From Myxococcota bacterium (lineage in GTDB: Bacteria > Myxococcota_A > UBA796 > UBA2385), in assembly GCA_044344255.1 (NCBI GenBank), contig JBIJDH010000002.1:448001-512000 (forward strand): a DNA stretch of 64,000 nt, read 5' to 3'. Position numbers and translations under genes: made by a program. Positions 19,846 to 29,705 of this stretch are shown here, piece by piece. Each line of letters starts with the position of its first letter. Position 1 is the first letter of the stretch. The notes beneath the pieces are model-generated. The model saw nothing but the letters and a program-made list of their open reading frames with translations. It was not told the DNA's origin and searched no databases.

Positions 19846-22287
19846 GTGGTCCGCCGCTTGTCGTACAGCTTGTTGTTCACCCTGTTCCTCGGGTCTTGTG
19901 AGGCCCCGCCGCAGCCCCTCCTCCCGGAGCAGGGCCGTTGGCAGGCCGTGGAGGAGCAGCGCGGGCCGGCCACCGAGCTCCCGCGTTCGGGATCGGGCAC
20001 GGGCGCCGGGGTCGGCGGGCCCTCGGGGGAGGTCACGGTCCTCGCCGCCGGCCGAGACCGCCAAAACCAGCGCGTGTTGGCGTGGATCCTCGCGGATCGG
20101 GAGCTGGTCCTGAAGACAAGGAGCCCCGGTGAGGCCTGGGGGCCGGTCGAGGCGCGGCCGCTCCCCGAGGGCCTGCGCCCGAGCGCCGCCGCTGACTCGA
20201 CCCTCGCCGTCGACGCCGATGGCGCCGTCCACATCGCCGTGCTCCACGACGACGGGCTCGCCGTCTATCGCTGGGGGGCCGAGGCCTGGGAGCGCCTCGG
20301 CCCGCCGGGGGCGCTCGGTGGGATCGGGCGCGGGCACGGCGCCACGCTCACCTTCGATCCGCAGAACCACCCGGTCGTCGCTCGTCGGGTGGGTGACCAT
20401 GTCGGCGTCTGGCGCTGGGCCACCGATCAGTGGGAGCTCGTGGGGGACCTCCTCCTGCTGCCCGGGGTCGGCCGCGACGCGCCCTTGGGCGGGGCCGCGC
20501 CCTCGATCGGCTTCGACCAGCGCTCCGAGCCGGTGATCGCGCTGCGGCTCCAGCAGCGGGTCCGGTGGCGGAAGGCCGAGAACGGCGCTCGCGAGGCCTC
20601 GACCCCGCAAGATGACCGCTACCCCGTAGTCGTCGCTCGCCACGGCGCCCGCGGCTGGGAGTGGTTGGCCCGCACCCGTGGCTCGCCTTTGCAGGACGAT
20701 CCGCGGCGACGCCGGCCGGCCACCCGGCGAGACGACTCCGTTGGAGACCTCGCCTGGGCGGAGATCGCCCGCGAGTCCGGCCCCCCCGCGGTGACGGTGG
20801 ACCGCCAGGACCGGGTCACGGTCGCCTGGACGAGCCCCGATCGGCTGCTGCTCTACCGGTACGACGGCCGTCGCTGGGGAGCCGTGCCCTTCAGCGCCGA
20901 GTGGGCCGACCACCCCGCCGAGCCCCGCTTCCTCACCACCCCGGTCGGCCTCCGCCTCGCCTTCACCGACCGCGGGCCGAGCGAGGGCCGCCGCCTCCGC
21001 GTGCTGCTGGAGGGGGAGGCCGGCTGGACCGAGGCCGGGCCGGTGGACGGCGCCGCCGGTGACTCCGGGCACCCCGCGCTCACCCTCGAGGCCGACGGCG
21101 GGCTGCTCGCGGCCTGGTCGGAGCGGGTGGCCGGGGCCGACCTCCTCTACGCGCGCCGGCTCCACGAGGGGGAGTGGACCGAGACCGTCGCAGGGTCGGG
21201 CTGGCACGATCTCGAGCGGCGTGTGGCCGGCCCCTGGGCTCCAGCCGATCGACCGCAGCTCGCCTATGGGGCCGACGGCGGCTTGATCCTCGCCTGGACC
21301 GAGCTCCTGTCGACGGGGGGCCGCGTGGGGGTCGAGCGCTGGGACGGGGCCGCCTGGTCTCGCCTCGAGGCTCCGCGGACCCGCCTGCCCGCCCGGCGCT
21401 CCCTGTGGCGGGCTGACCTCGCCCTCGACGCCGCAGGGGCGCCCAGCCTCCTCCTCCCCACCCGCGGCGGCGGCGAGCTCGGCCTGCGGGTCGCCCGCTG
21501 GGACGGCGCCGCCTGGGGGCTCAGCCCGCCGCTCTGGGGGGCCCGGGAGGCCGCGCTGGTCGGAGCCGGCGATGGGGATCCCCTTGTCTTTGCGCACCAC
21601 GAGCAGACCGTGGGCCTCTATGCGCTCTCGGGAGAGGCCTGGGTCCCGCAGGGTGAGCCCCTGCGCGCCGGGGAGAGCCGGGTGGAGCCCGCCTTCGCCC
21701 GGGACGCCACGGGTCAGGGCTATGCCCTGTGGGTGGACGAGCTGCGGGCCGAGGCCCAGCTCGGCCGCCTCACCGAGGCGGGGGTCGAGCGGATCCCCGG
21801 CCTGATGACCGCCTGCGACGTCGACGAGCAGGCCGACGTCGAGGGTGTGGCCTTGCTCGGCGGCGGGGGCGGCGCAGGCGTGGTGGTCGGCCTCACCGTC
21901 GTCGAGGGGGACGGCCTCAGCCGCTACCCGCTCTGCCGGTGGACCGGCGAGGCCTGGGAGCCCGTGCCCGCCGTCCTCCCCGCCGGCACGGCGCTCTCCG
22001 GGCGCCCCGGTGGAGCCGGCGCGCTCTCGCTCGCCAGCGATGGCGCTCAGCTCTTCGCTGCCTTCGAGCTCGACACCGACGCTGGGCGGCGGGTGGCCGT
22101 ACAGCGGCTGCGCGAGGACGGCTGGACCCCCCTCGCCGGCGGAGGGCCCGCGGGGGAGGTTGAGCCTTGCCGGGGCGCTTGCGCCCAGCCCGCCCTCGTC
22201 GCCCGCCCCGGGGAGCTCTGCCTCGCCTGGCTCACGGGCGGCGAACGAGCAGACGTCGTCGAGCTCCGCTGCCATCGGCTCTGGTGA
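19846..22287 (+). CDS. Large putative lipoprotein with Trp-rich beta-propeller-like repeats
   Basis: Lipobox LGSC; repeated RWDGAAW/W..LG units with P.L/WxE motifs. Confidence 0.6.
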   Translation: MVRRLSYSLLFTLFLGSCEAPPQPLLPEQGRWQAVEEQRGPATELPRSGSGTGAGVGGPSGEVTVLAAGRDRQNQRVLAWILADRELVLKTRSPGEAWGPVEARPLPEGLRPSAAADSTLAVDADGAVHIAVLHDDGLAVYRWGAEAWERLGPPGALGGIGRGHGATLTFDPQNHPVVARRVGDHVGVWRWATDQWELVGDLLLLPGVGRDAPLGGAAPSIGFDQRSEPVIALRLQQRVRWRKAENGAREASTPQDDRYPVVVARHGARGWEWLARTRGSPLQDDPRRRRPATRRDDSVGDLAWAEIARESGPPAVTVDRQDRVTVAWTSPDRLLLYRYDGRRWGAVPFSAEWADHPAEPRFLTTPVGLRLAFTDRGPSEGRRLRVLLEGEAGWTEAGPVDGAAGDSGHPALTLEADGGLLAAWSERVAGADLLYARRLHEGEWTETVAGSGWHDLERRVAGPWAPADRPQLAYGADGGLILAWTELLSTGGRVGVERWDGAAWSRLEAPRTRLPARRSLWRADLALDAAGAPSLLLPTRGGGELGLRVARWDGAAWGLSPPLWGAREAALVGAGDGDPLVFAHHEQTVGLYALSGEAWVPQGEPLRAGESRVEPAFARDATGQGYALWVDELRAEAQLGRLTEAGVERIPGLMTACDVDEQADVEGVALLGGGGGAGVVVGLTVVEGDGLSRYPLCRWTGEAWEPVPAVLPAGTALSGRPGGAGALSLASDGAQLFAAFELDTDAGRRVAVQRLREDGWTPLAGGGPAGEVEPCRGACAQPALVARPGELCLAWLTGGERADVVELRCHRLW

Positions 22288-22339
22288 GCGACCCCAACCC
22301 CATCGACCCTCCGCCTGCGCCGAGGGAGGAGTGACCCGG

Positions 22340-23143
22340 ATGACCCTGATCCTGGACCGTGTCCGCGTCGAGCGGGTGGGCGCCGTGGCCCACGTGCAGC
22401 TCCACCGCCCCGAGAAGCACAATGGGCTCGACTGCGCGCTGATCGATGCCCTCATCGAGGCCGCGGCCTCGCTCTCGGACAGCCCCGGGCTGCGCGCGGT
22501 CGTGCTCTCGGGCGCCGGCCCATCCTTCTGCGCCGGCCTCGACTTCCCGAGCTTCCTGGCTGACTCCGAGCGGCTCATCCCCCACCTGATGGACGAGCTC
22601 ATCGGGCCGGCCAACCGCGCCCAGCAGGTGGCCTGGGCCTGGCGGGCCCTGCCAGTGCCGGTCATCGCGGCGCTGCACGGGCACGTCTACGGGGGCGGGC
22701 TCCAGATCGCGCTCGGCGCCGATCTCCGGCTCGTCCACCCCGAGGCCCGCCTCTCGATCATGGAGATCCACTACGGGCTCATCCCCGACATGGGCTTCAC
22801 GCAGACGGTGCTGCCCCACCTCCGGCCGGATCAGGCGATGGAGCTCACCCTCACCGGCCGCAAGGTGGGGGCCGAGGAGGCCGTCCAGCTCGGGCTCTGC
22901 ACGCGGATCGAGGCCGAGCCCCTCGAGGCGGCGCTCCGCCTCGCCGAGACCATCGCCGCCCGCAGCCCGCACGCGATCCGCGCCGCCAAGCAGCTCATCC
23001 GTGAGGCCCGGGGCCTCGACGTGGCCGCCGGCCTCAACCTCGAGGCCCGCCTGCAGCGGGGGCTCCTCGGCAGCCCGAACCAGCTCGAGGCGGTGATGGC
23101 CAACTTCGAGCGGCGCCCCGCCGTGTTCGTCGATCCGAGCTGA
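22340..23143 (+). CDS. Enoyl-CoA hydratase/isomerase (crotonase)
   Basis: GGAGGAG RBS; FCAGLD, GGGLQIALGAD, EIHYGLIPDMG. Confidence 0.9.
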   Translation: MTLILDRVRVERVGAVAHVQLHRPEKHNGLDCALIDALIEAAASLSDSPGLRAVVLSGAGPSFCAGLDFPSFLADSERLIPHLMDELIGPANRAQQVAWAWRALPVPVIAALHGHVYGGGLQIALGADLRLVHPEARLSIMEIHYGLIPDMGFTQTVLPHLRPDQAMELTLTGRKVGAEEAVQLGLCTRIEAEPLEAALRLAETIAARSPHAIRAAKQLIREARGLDVAAGLNLEARLQRGLLGSPNQLEAVMANFERRPAVFVDPS

Positions 23144-23155
23144 GCCGTCGACCGG

Positions 23156-24502
23156 ATGGAGCGTCGTTTGTCCAAGTCTGCCCATGGGGCCCCCCCGCCG
23201 TCGCTCCCCACCTACGACGGCGACGTCGAGACCTCCTGGGAGGCCGTTGAGGGCCCGCCGGACCTCGGTTCGCCGTCGCAGGCCCCCCGCTCCGAGGGGC
23301 CGTCGGAGGGGCTCCTCGGCGGCGTGTCGACGGGCTTTGGCACCACCGTTCTCCCCGACGTGGAGTGGGACGCCGCCCGCCCGGTGCTGCGGCGCCGCGT
23401 CGAGACCCGCTTCCTCCCCTTGCAGCGCCTCGGCGAGGGTGGGCTCGGTGAGGTGGTGTCGGTGCAAGACCAGGACATCGGTCGCCGGGTCGCCATCAAG
23501 CGCATCCGCGCCGACGTCGTCTCCACGAACTCTATCGTCCGCTTTCTTCAAGAGATCCGCACGGTGGGGCGCCTCGAGCACGCCAACATCATCCCCATCC
23601 ATGATGTCGGGCGAGACGCCGACGGCGCGCTCTACTTCGTGATGCGCCACGTGGACGGAGAGACCCTCCAAGCCGTGATTGAGCGCCTCCGCGCGGGAGA
23701 CCGCGCCACCCATCAGCGCTACCCAACGGAGCGCCGTGTCCAGATCATCGCGGCCGTCCTCGAGGCCCTGGCCTTCGCCCACTCCCAGGGGGTGGTCCAC
23801 CGCGACATCAAGCCCGCCAACGTGATGATCGGGCGCACCGGCGAGGTGATGGTGCTCGACTGGGGCGTGGCCCACCTGATGCGGACGATCGAGGTCGGTC
23901 AGCGGGGGGAGCCGGAGGCGCCGGCTACAGCGGGCTCGGCCGGCAGCCCGCCGCCGCCCGCGGTCCTCCTCCAAACTCAGGATGGCGCGGTCGTCGGCTC
24001 GCCCGCCTACATGTCCCCGGAGCAGGCCCGGGGAGAGGCGATCGACGCGCGGAGCGATCTGTACTCTGTCTCGGTGATGATGCACGAGCTGCTCTGCCTC
24101 CGCCATTACCTGAGCGAAGCCGGCGACGTCACCGCGGTGCTCGCGGGCGTCTCCGCCCTCCCCGTGCCGATCGCCAGCCGGGTCGCCTCTCCGCACCAGC
24201 CCCCCGTGCCGATGGACCTCTCCTGGTTCATCCACCAGGGCGTCCAGAAGGACCGCGCGCGCCGGTATCCGTCTGCGCAAGCGATGCTCGACCGCCTCGC
24301 CCGCCGGGCAGAGGGCGACATCCCCATCCAGTGCCACGTGACCCTCACCAAGCGCCTCACCTTCATGGCGCTTCGTTTCTTCGATCGTCACGTTCTCCTC
24401 GTGACCGCCTTTGCGCTCCTGGTCTCTCTCGGGGCGCTCGTCTCCGGGGCGCTCGGGCTGTGGAGCTTCCTGTTGGCCGCTGGCGTCGGCCGCGGCCCTT
24501 GA
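23156..24502 (+). CDS. Hanks-type Ser/Thr protein kinase with C-terminal TM helix
   Basis: LGEGGLGEV, VAIK, HRDIKPAN, DWG, GSPAYMSPEQ. Confidence 0.92.
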   Translation: MERRLSKSAHGAPPPSLPTYDGDVETSWEAVEGPPDLGSPSQAPRSEGPSEGLLGGVSTGFGTTVLPDVEWDAARPVLRRRVETRFLPLQRLGEGGLGEVVSVQDQDIGRRVAIKRIRADVVSTNSIVRFLQEIRTVGRLEHANIIPIHDVGRDADGALYFVMRHVDGETLQAVIERLRAGDRATHQRYPTERRVQIIAAVLEALAFAHSQGVVHRDIKPANVMIGRTGEVMVLDWGVAHLMRTIEVGQRGEPEAPATAGSAGSPPPPAVLLQTQDGAVVGSPAYMSPEQARGEAIDARSDLYSVSVMMHELLCLRHYLSEAGDVTAVLAGVSALPVPIASRVASPHQPPVPMDLSWFIHQGVQKDRARRYPSAQAMLDRLARRAEGDIPIQCHVTLTKRLTFMALRFFDRHVLLVTAFALLVSLGALVSGALGLWSFLLAAGVGRGP

Positions 24503-25977
24503 GGCACCCGCGCCTCCCCCTGCTGGTCTGCCTGCTCGTCGCCGTCGCCGGCCTCGCGCGCTTCGCCGACCTCGACTACGCCGTGGACGACGCCTGGATC
24601 TCCTTCCGGGTCGCCCGCAACCTGTGGACGAGCGGGGTGCTGAGCTTCAACGTCGAGGGCCCGCCGGTGGAGGGGATGACGAACCTCTCCTGGACCCTGC
24701 TCTCCGCGCTTTGGGTGCGGCTCCCGGTGGACCCCATCCTCCCTGCCCGTGCGCTCGGCGGCGCGCTCCACCTGCTCACCGTGGGCCTGGTCACCACCCT
24801 CGCCGGTCGGGTGGCGGGGCCGCGGGCGGCGCTCGTGGCCGGCCTGCTCGCTGCCACATCGGGCTCCCTCGCCTACTACGCCCTCTCCGGGCTCGAAACC
24901 CCGCTCACTACCGCCCTGTTCATGATCGCCCTCGAGCGCTTGGAGCGCGGGGCGCCCACGCAGGCCGGCGTCGCCCTTGCCGCGTTGGCGATGACCCGCC
25001 CCGAGGGCGTGCTGGTGGGCTCCCTGCTGGTCGGCCTGGTCACCCTCGAGGGGCGGCGCGCCGGGCTCCGCGCGGGCTTGCCCTTCCTCGTCGGCGTGGC
25101 GGCCCTCGAGCTCGGCCGCCTCGCGTACTACGGCGCCCTGGTGCCCAACACCTTCTACGCCAAGGCGCCTGAGGTCGGCGGTGGTCTCGACTACGTCGTG
25201 CGGGTTTGCACCCTCGGGCTGGGCCTCGTCGGTCCCCTCGTGCTCTGGCCGCTGCGCCAAGATCGGCGGGCGCTGGGCCTCGGGGCGCTCGCCGCGGTCG
25301 GGGTCCTGGGAGCGGTGGCCAGCGGCGGCGACTGGATGCCCGGGCTCCGGCGAGTGGCCCTGGAGCTGCTGCTGCTCTACCTCCTCGCCGGGGTGGCCGT
25401 CGCGCGGCCGGCGGGGCGCGCCTTCGCTGGCCTCGGGGTCCTGGCCCTCTTCGGCGGGAGCCTCCTCGGCGCGCTCCGGGGGGACGACAGCGCTCGCTTC
25501 GCCGACGTGGGCCTCCGCCGCCTGGGAGAGGCCGCCGCCGCCACCCCCGGTCTCTCCCGGGTGGCGATGGTCGACATCGGTCGGTTCGGGTGGGTCTTCC
25601 CGGGTCACATCGTCGACCTCGTCGGCCTCACCGACGCCCACCTCGCGCACCTCCCGGGTGGCCACGCGAACAAGCCCTGGGATGAGGCATGGTTTCGCGG
25701 CCAGGCGGCAGACCTGCTCATCGTGCGCTCGGAGAGCCCGGTGGGCGACCCCCTCCTCGCCCCGCCCCGGCTCGGTGCCCCGGAGGTGGGCCTCGTGCGG
25801 AGCGTGCTCGAGAACGGGGGATACCGCCTCCACAGCGTGACCGAGGCCGCTCCGGGCCGCTGGCTGCTCATCTTTCGCCGTGACGGCCTCGTGCTACCAC
25901 CTGGCCTCTGGGGTGGGGAGGTTGAGAAGGACCTCCGTCAGCTCTTCATCGAGGCCAAGGCCCGGAGCGCGGGCTGA
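24499..25977 (+). CDS. GT-C fold membrane glycosyltransferase (arabinofuranosyltransferase-like)
   Basis: DDAWISFR.ARN, VEG.TN, SGLET, TRPEG, PNTFYAK, GGDWM, D..GLTD; TTG start overlaps the kinase stop. Confidence 0.75.
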   Translation: MRHPRLPLLVCLLVAVAGLARFADLDYAVDDAWISFRVARNLWTSGVLSFNVEGPPVEGMTNLSWTLLSALWVRLPVDPILPARALGGALHLLTVGLVTTLAGRVAGPRAALVAGLLAATSGSLAYYALSGLETPLTTALFMIALERLERGAPTQAGVALAALAMTRPEGVLVGSLLVGLVTLEGRRAGLRAGLPFLVGVAALELGRLAYYGALVPNTFYAKAPEVGGGLDYVVRVCTLGLGLVGPLVLWPLRQDRRALGLGALAAVGVLGAVASGGDWMPGLRRVALELLLLYLLAGVAVARPAGRAFAGLGVLALFGGSLLGALRGDDSARFADVGLRRLGEAAAATPGLSRVAMVDIGRFGWVFPGHIVDLVGLTDAHLAHLPGGHANKPWDEAWFRGQAADLLIVRSESPVGDPLLAPPRLGAPEVGLVRSVLENGGYRLHSVTEAAPGRWLLIFRRDGLVLPPGLWGGEVEKDLRQLFIEAKARSAG

Positions 25978-26065
25978 GCGTCCGGCCAATCGCGACCCCG
26001 CCTCCCCGCCATGAAGGGTGGTAGCCTCCGCCCGCTTTCCGCCCGCCCGATTGGAGCCGCTCACC

Positions 26066-27541
26066 ATGTCGAACGTACCGACCCCGAACCAGCCGGCGGG
26101 AGGCGAGCCCGCCGGGGAAGCCCCCCGGAGCGGCCTCTGGCGCTACGCCGCCCTGGTGTCGATCGCGGCCTTCGCCACCACCTTCTCTCAGCAGAAGTCG
26201 CCGATGGTGGGCGGGCTGCCGACCACCTTCTTGCTCAAAGACCACTACGGCATGAAGAAGGAGGACGTCGCCTTCTTCTTCTTCTGGGCCGCCTTCGCCT
26301 GGTCGCTCAAGCCGGTGGCAGGGATCCTCACCGACGCCTTCCCGCTCTTCGGGACGCGGCGCCGCCACTACATGATGATCGGCGCCACGATGGCGGGTGT
26401 CTGCTGGGGCCTGATGGGGGCCTTCTCGTCCAACTACGCCGTGCTGCTCGCGCTCTCTATCGGCATGAACGTGTCGCTCGTCTTCTCGAGCACCGTGATG
26501 GGCGGGATGATGGTGGAGGCGGGCCAGGCCTTCGGGGCCCCCGGCCGGATGGCCTCACTCCGCCAGATCGTGCAGAGCATCGCCCAGATCGGCGCGCCCT
26601 TGCTGGGCGGCTACCTCGCCGGCAAGGCCTATGGGCTCACCGCCGGCCTCGCCGCCACCCCGCTGATCGCCCTCGCGGTGGTCACCTTCTTCGTGCAGAA
26701 GGAGGCGCCGCTCGTCGCGGTCGACCTGAAGGATGACGCTTACGTCAACCGGCCCCGCTACAAGCCGCCCCTCGCCGTCGTCGGCGGGCTGGTGGCCCTC
26801 GCCGCCATCGCCGCCGGTGTGGCCAGCGACGAGCACATGCGCAACGTGGGCATCTCGCTGCTCGCCCTCGAGGGGGTGCTGGTGCTGGTGCTGATCCTCG
26901 CGATCAGCCCCATCCAGAACCTCGTGATCCGGCGCGCGCAGGGCCAGCTCTCCCAGATCTTCGCCTCGAAGACCCTCTGGCTCGCCGTTCTGATGCTCTT
27001 CCTCGTGCACACGGTGCCGGGCCTGTACACCTCGCTCACCTACCAGCAGAGCGACGTGCTCAAGTTCGACAGCGAGTACATCGGCCTTCTCACCTCGATC
27101 GAGGGGGGCGTCGGGATCCCCGCTGCGGTCGCCTACGGCCTCGTCTGTCGGCGCTTCAGCCTCCGCGTGCTGCTCTTCGGCGGCGTGGGGCTCGCCGGCC
27201 TCACCACCTTCGCCTACCTCCACTACACGCACGACTCGGCGCCGCTGGTCCATGGCTCGACCGCCTTCTTCGCCGTCCTGGCCGAGCTCGCCCTGATGGA
27301 CCTCGCCGTGCGCTCCACCCCGCGGGGCTGCGAGGCGCTGGGCTTCTCCTTGATGATGAGCTTCCGCAATTTCGGCATCGCGATGAGCGACGTGCTCGGC
27401 ACGCAGATCATGGACCAGTACGGCGTGAGCTTCGACACCATGGTGGTGGTCAACGCCGCCACGACCTTGCTCGTGCTCGCGTTCGCGCTCCTCCTGCCGC
27501 GCGAGGTGATGAACCGCAAGGAGGGTGAAGCCGCGGCTTGA
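26066..27541 (+). CDS. MFS transporter, BT1 (folate/biopterin) family
   Basis: WSLKPVAGILTDAFPLFGTRRRHY; P.GCEA.GF; many TM helices. Confidence 0.8.
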   Translation: MSNVPTPNQPAGGEPAGEAPRSGLWRYAALVSIAAFATTFSQQKSPMVGGLPTTFLLKDHYGMKKEDVAFFFFWAAFAWSLKPVAGILTDAFPLFGTRRRHYMMIGATMAGVCWGLMGAFSSNYAVLLALSIGMNVSLVFSSTVMGGMMVEAGQAFGAPGRMASLRQIVQSIAQIGAPLLGGYLAGKAYGLTAGLAATPLIALAVVTFFVQKEAPLVAVDLKDDAYVNRPRYKPPLAVVGGLVALAAIAAGVASDEHMRNVGISLLALEGVLVLVLILAISPIQNLVIRRAQGQLSQIFASKTLWLAVLMLFLVHTVPGLYTSLTYQQSDVLKFDSEYIGLLTSIEGGVGIPAAVAYGLVCRRFSLRVLLFGGVGLAGLTTFAYLHYTHDSAPLVHGSTAFFAVLAELALMDLAVRSTPRGCEALGFSLMMSFRNFGIAMSDVLGTQIMDQYGVSFDTMVVVNAATTLLVLAFALLLPREVMNRKEGEAAA

Positions 27542-27664
27542 GCGGTCGACCGCCGGACGGACGTGGGGGGCCGTTCGGCCCTGGGCCCGCGGCTTCGGGG
27601 GACGGGGTCGCCTCGTCGGCCGGCCCGACCGCTGACACCTGCTGGGTCGCCTGCGGCGAAGAGC

Positions 27665-28687
27665 CTACTGGTCCGAGGCCCAGACGAGAGGGAGCAGGAG
27701 GTCGGGCCGGTCGGTCTGCGGGATCTGGACCCCGGCCGCGAGGGCCTCCTCGTAGCGGGTGGTGTCTCCCGTGATGCCGGCGGCGGTGTCCCCGAGGAAG
27801 ACGTCCATCAGGGGCCGGTGGCCGCGGCTCCGCACGTCGGCGGCGAGCGCGGGATCACCGTCGCCGATCTCGACGATGATCGGCGGGTGGCTCGCGAAGT
27901 GCTCGAGCTGGCTGTCGAGCTGCTCGAGGGTGTCCACGCGGATCATCGTGCGGAGCTCGGGCTCGATCTCCAGCGCGGCGTCGATCTTCTCGACGGAGGA
28001 GGTGTCAAAGAGGGCGTGCTCGACCATGTCGGTGCGCTGGATCGCCGCCACCAGGAGGTCGACCCGATCGGTCTTGTTAGCGTCCACGAGGACGTCGATT
28101 CGACCGTGCGCGGCCTCGAGGATCTCGTCGAGCGTGGGGATCCGGGCGCAGCTCCAGTCGCCTGGAAACTCCACGAGGTCGATCGGGAGGGCCTGGACCT
28201 CGGCGAGGGTCATCTCGGCGACGGCCCCGCTGCCGGTGGTGGTGCGGTCTACCGTGTCGTCGTGGAGGTTGACGAGGTGGTCGTCGGCGGTGGGCCGCGG
28301 GTCGGTCTCCACGAAGTCGAGCCCCCAGGCGACGGCGGCGTAGACCGCCTGGACGGTGTCCTCCGGTGCGATGACGCCGAGGGCCCCGCCGGCGCCGCGG
28401 TGGCCGCTCACCAGGGTGTCCGGGCAGGCGGGATCGGTGGCGCAGGAGGGGGCGCGGGTGAGCCAGCGCTCGGGGGGCGCGGCGGCGCTGCAGTCATAGG
28501 AGGAGGGGGCGGGCGGCCAGGTCGCGGCCCCGCTGTCTTCGCCGACCGCGCCGCTGTCGACGGGCCCTCCGCCCCCGGCGCCGTCGGTCGCCTTGCCCGC
28601 GCAGGCCGGGAGGAGGACGAGGTGGAGGAGGAGCGGGAGGAGCAGCGGCGTGATCCGAGCGACGGCCGCGGAGCGGTACTCACCCAT
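27665..28687 (-). CDS. Glycerophosphodiester phosphodiesterase lipoprotein
   Basis: HRG, PEDT, VETD, LHD..VDRTT, IPTL.E, TDRP; lipobox LPAC. Confidence 0.85.
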   Translation of the reverse strand: MGEYRSAAVARITPLLLPLLLHLVLLPACAGKATDGAGGGGPVDSGAVGEDSGAATWPPAPSSYDCSAAAPPERWLTRAPSCATDPACPDTLVSGHRGAGGALGVIAPEDTVQAVYAAVAWGLDFVETDPRPTADDHLVNLHDDTVDRTTTGSGAVAEMTLAEVQALPIDLVEFPGDWSCARIPTLDEILEAAHGRIDVLVDANKTDRVDLLVAAIQRTDMVEHALFDTSSVEKIDAALEIEPELRTMIRVDTLEQLDSQLEHFASHPPIIVEIGDGDPALAADVRSRGHRPLMDVFLGDTAAGITGDTTRYEEALAAGVQIPQTDRPDLLLPLVWASDQ

Positions 28688-29705
28688 CGAGGCCTCGGAT
28701 GGCGGCCATCACCGCCTCCTTCCGGGCGGCGAAGGCACGAGACTCGCCGGCCGCCTCGACGACGTACAAGCGCCGCCCCTCGACGAAGAGGGCGATGGTC
28801 CAGGCGAAGTCGCGGTCTCCGCTGGGGGCCCCGAGCTCGAGCAGGGCGCCCTTCATCCCCCCCGCTTCGAGGTCGGCTCGGCCGAGCACGAGGTATCCCG
28901 CGCCCTTGAGGTGGCTCTCGAGGGCCTCCTTCCAAAAGGCGAGGTCCGCCTCGGGCTTGTTCTTCTCGACCCGGAGCGCGTAGACCACGCCGTCGGGGCT
29001 GGTCGCCCGCACCGAGCGCCGCTCCCGATAAGGCGCGAAGCCCGTGGGGATCGGGCTCTTCGCGCCCCGCCGCCGTACGTCACCCCCGTCGTCGGTCTGG
29101 AAGGACTGGAGCAGGCGAGGCAGGCTCACCGTGTTGATCCAAGGGAAGGCCGAGCGCGAGGCGGGGGCCGGGGCCCGACGGTCTCGGAACTGGAAGGAGA
29201 CCGTGGTGGTGGCGAAGGCGGCCTCGTCCTCCAGGCGCCGGATCCGCCCCTTGGTGGCCTCGATCTCGGCCACGATCGCGGAGACCTGCGCGCCCACCAT
29301 CACCACAGAGTCCGCCTTTGCGGTGCCCAAGACCTCGAGGTACCGCTCGAGGATCTCCTCGTTCGCCTTGAGGTGGGCGCGGCTGTCGCGGAGCTGCGCC
29401 GACAGGTCTTGGGTGTTGAAGCTGCGGTCGACCGCCCGGCCGAGCCCGCGGGCCTCCTCGAGGAAGGGCTTGAGCCCCGCCGACGGCAGGCGAAAGGTGA
29501 CGGCTTCGGCCTCGAGCCGGCTGAACCAGCCCCCGCGGGCGCGGGCCCGCTCGATGAGGGCCGCGGCGGCGGCGTCGCGGTCATCGACTTGCAGGACGAG
29601 GGTAGCGTCGGTGTGCACCTCGTCGGCCCGCGCGCGGCCGCCGGTGAAGAGGGAGGCGGCGAGCAGGGCGGCAGCCAGCAGGGTGCTCAAGAGGGTGCGT
29701 CGCAT
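28680..29705 (-). CDS. Secreted DUF4349-like protein
   Basis: Signal peptide; VTFRLPS, coiled coil, EIEATKGRIRRL, then a C-terminal alpha/beta domain. Confidence 0.7.
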   Translation of the reverse strand: MRRTLLSTLLAAALLAASLFTGGRARADEVHTDATLVLQVDDRDAAAAALIERARARGGWFSRLEAEAVTFRLPSAGLKPFLEEARGLGRAVDRSFNTQDLSAQLRDSRAHLKANEEILERYLEVLGTAKADSVVMVGAQVSAIVAEIEATKGRIRRLEDEAAFATTTVSFQFRDRRAPAPASRSAFPWINTVSLPRLLQSFQTDDGGDVRRRGAKSPIPTGFAPYRERRSVRATSPDGVVYALRVEKNKPEADLAFWKEALESHLKGAGYLVLGRADLEAGGMKGALLELGAPSGDRDFAWTIALFVEGRRLYVVEAAGESRAFAARKEAVMAAIRGLDG

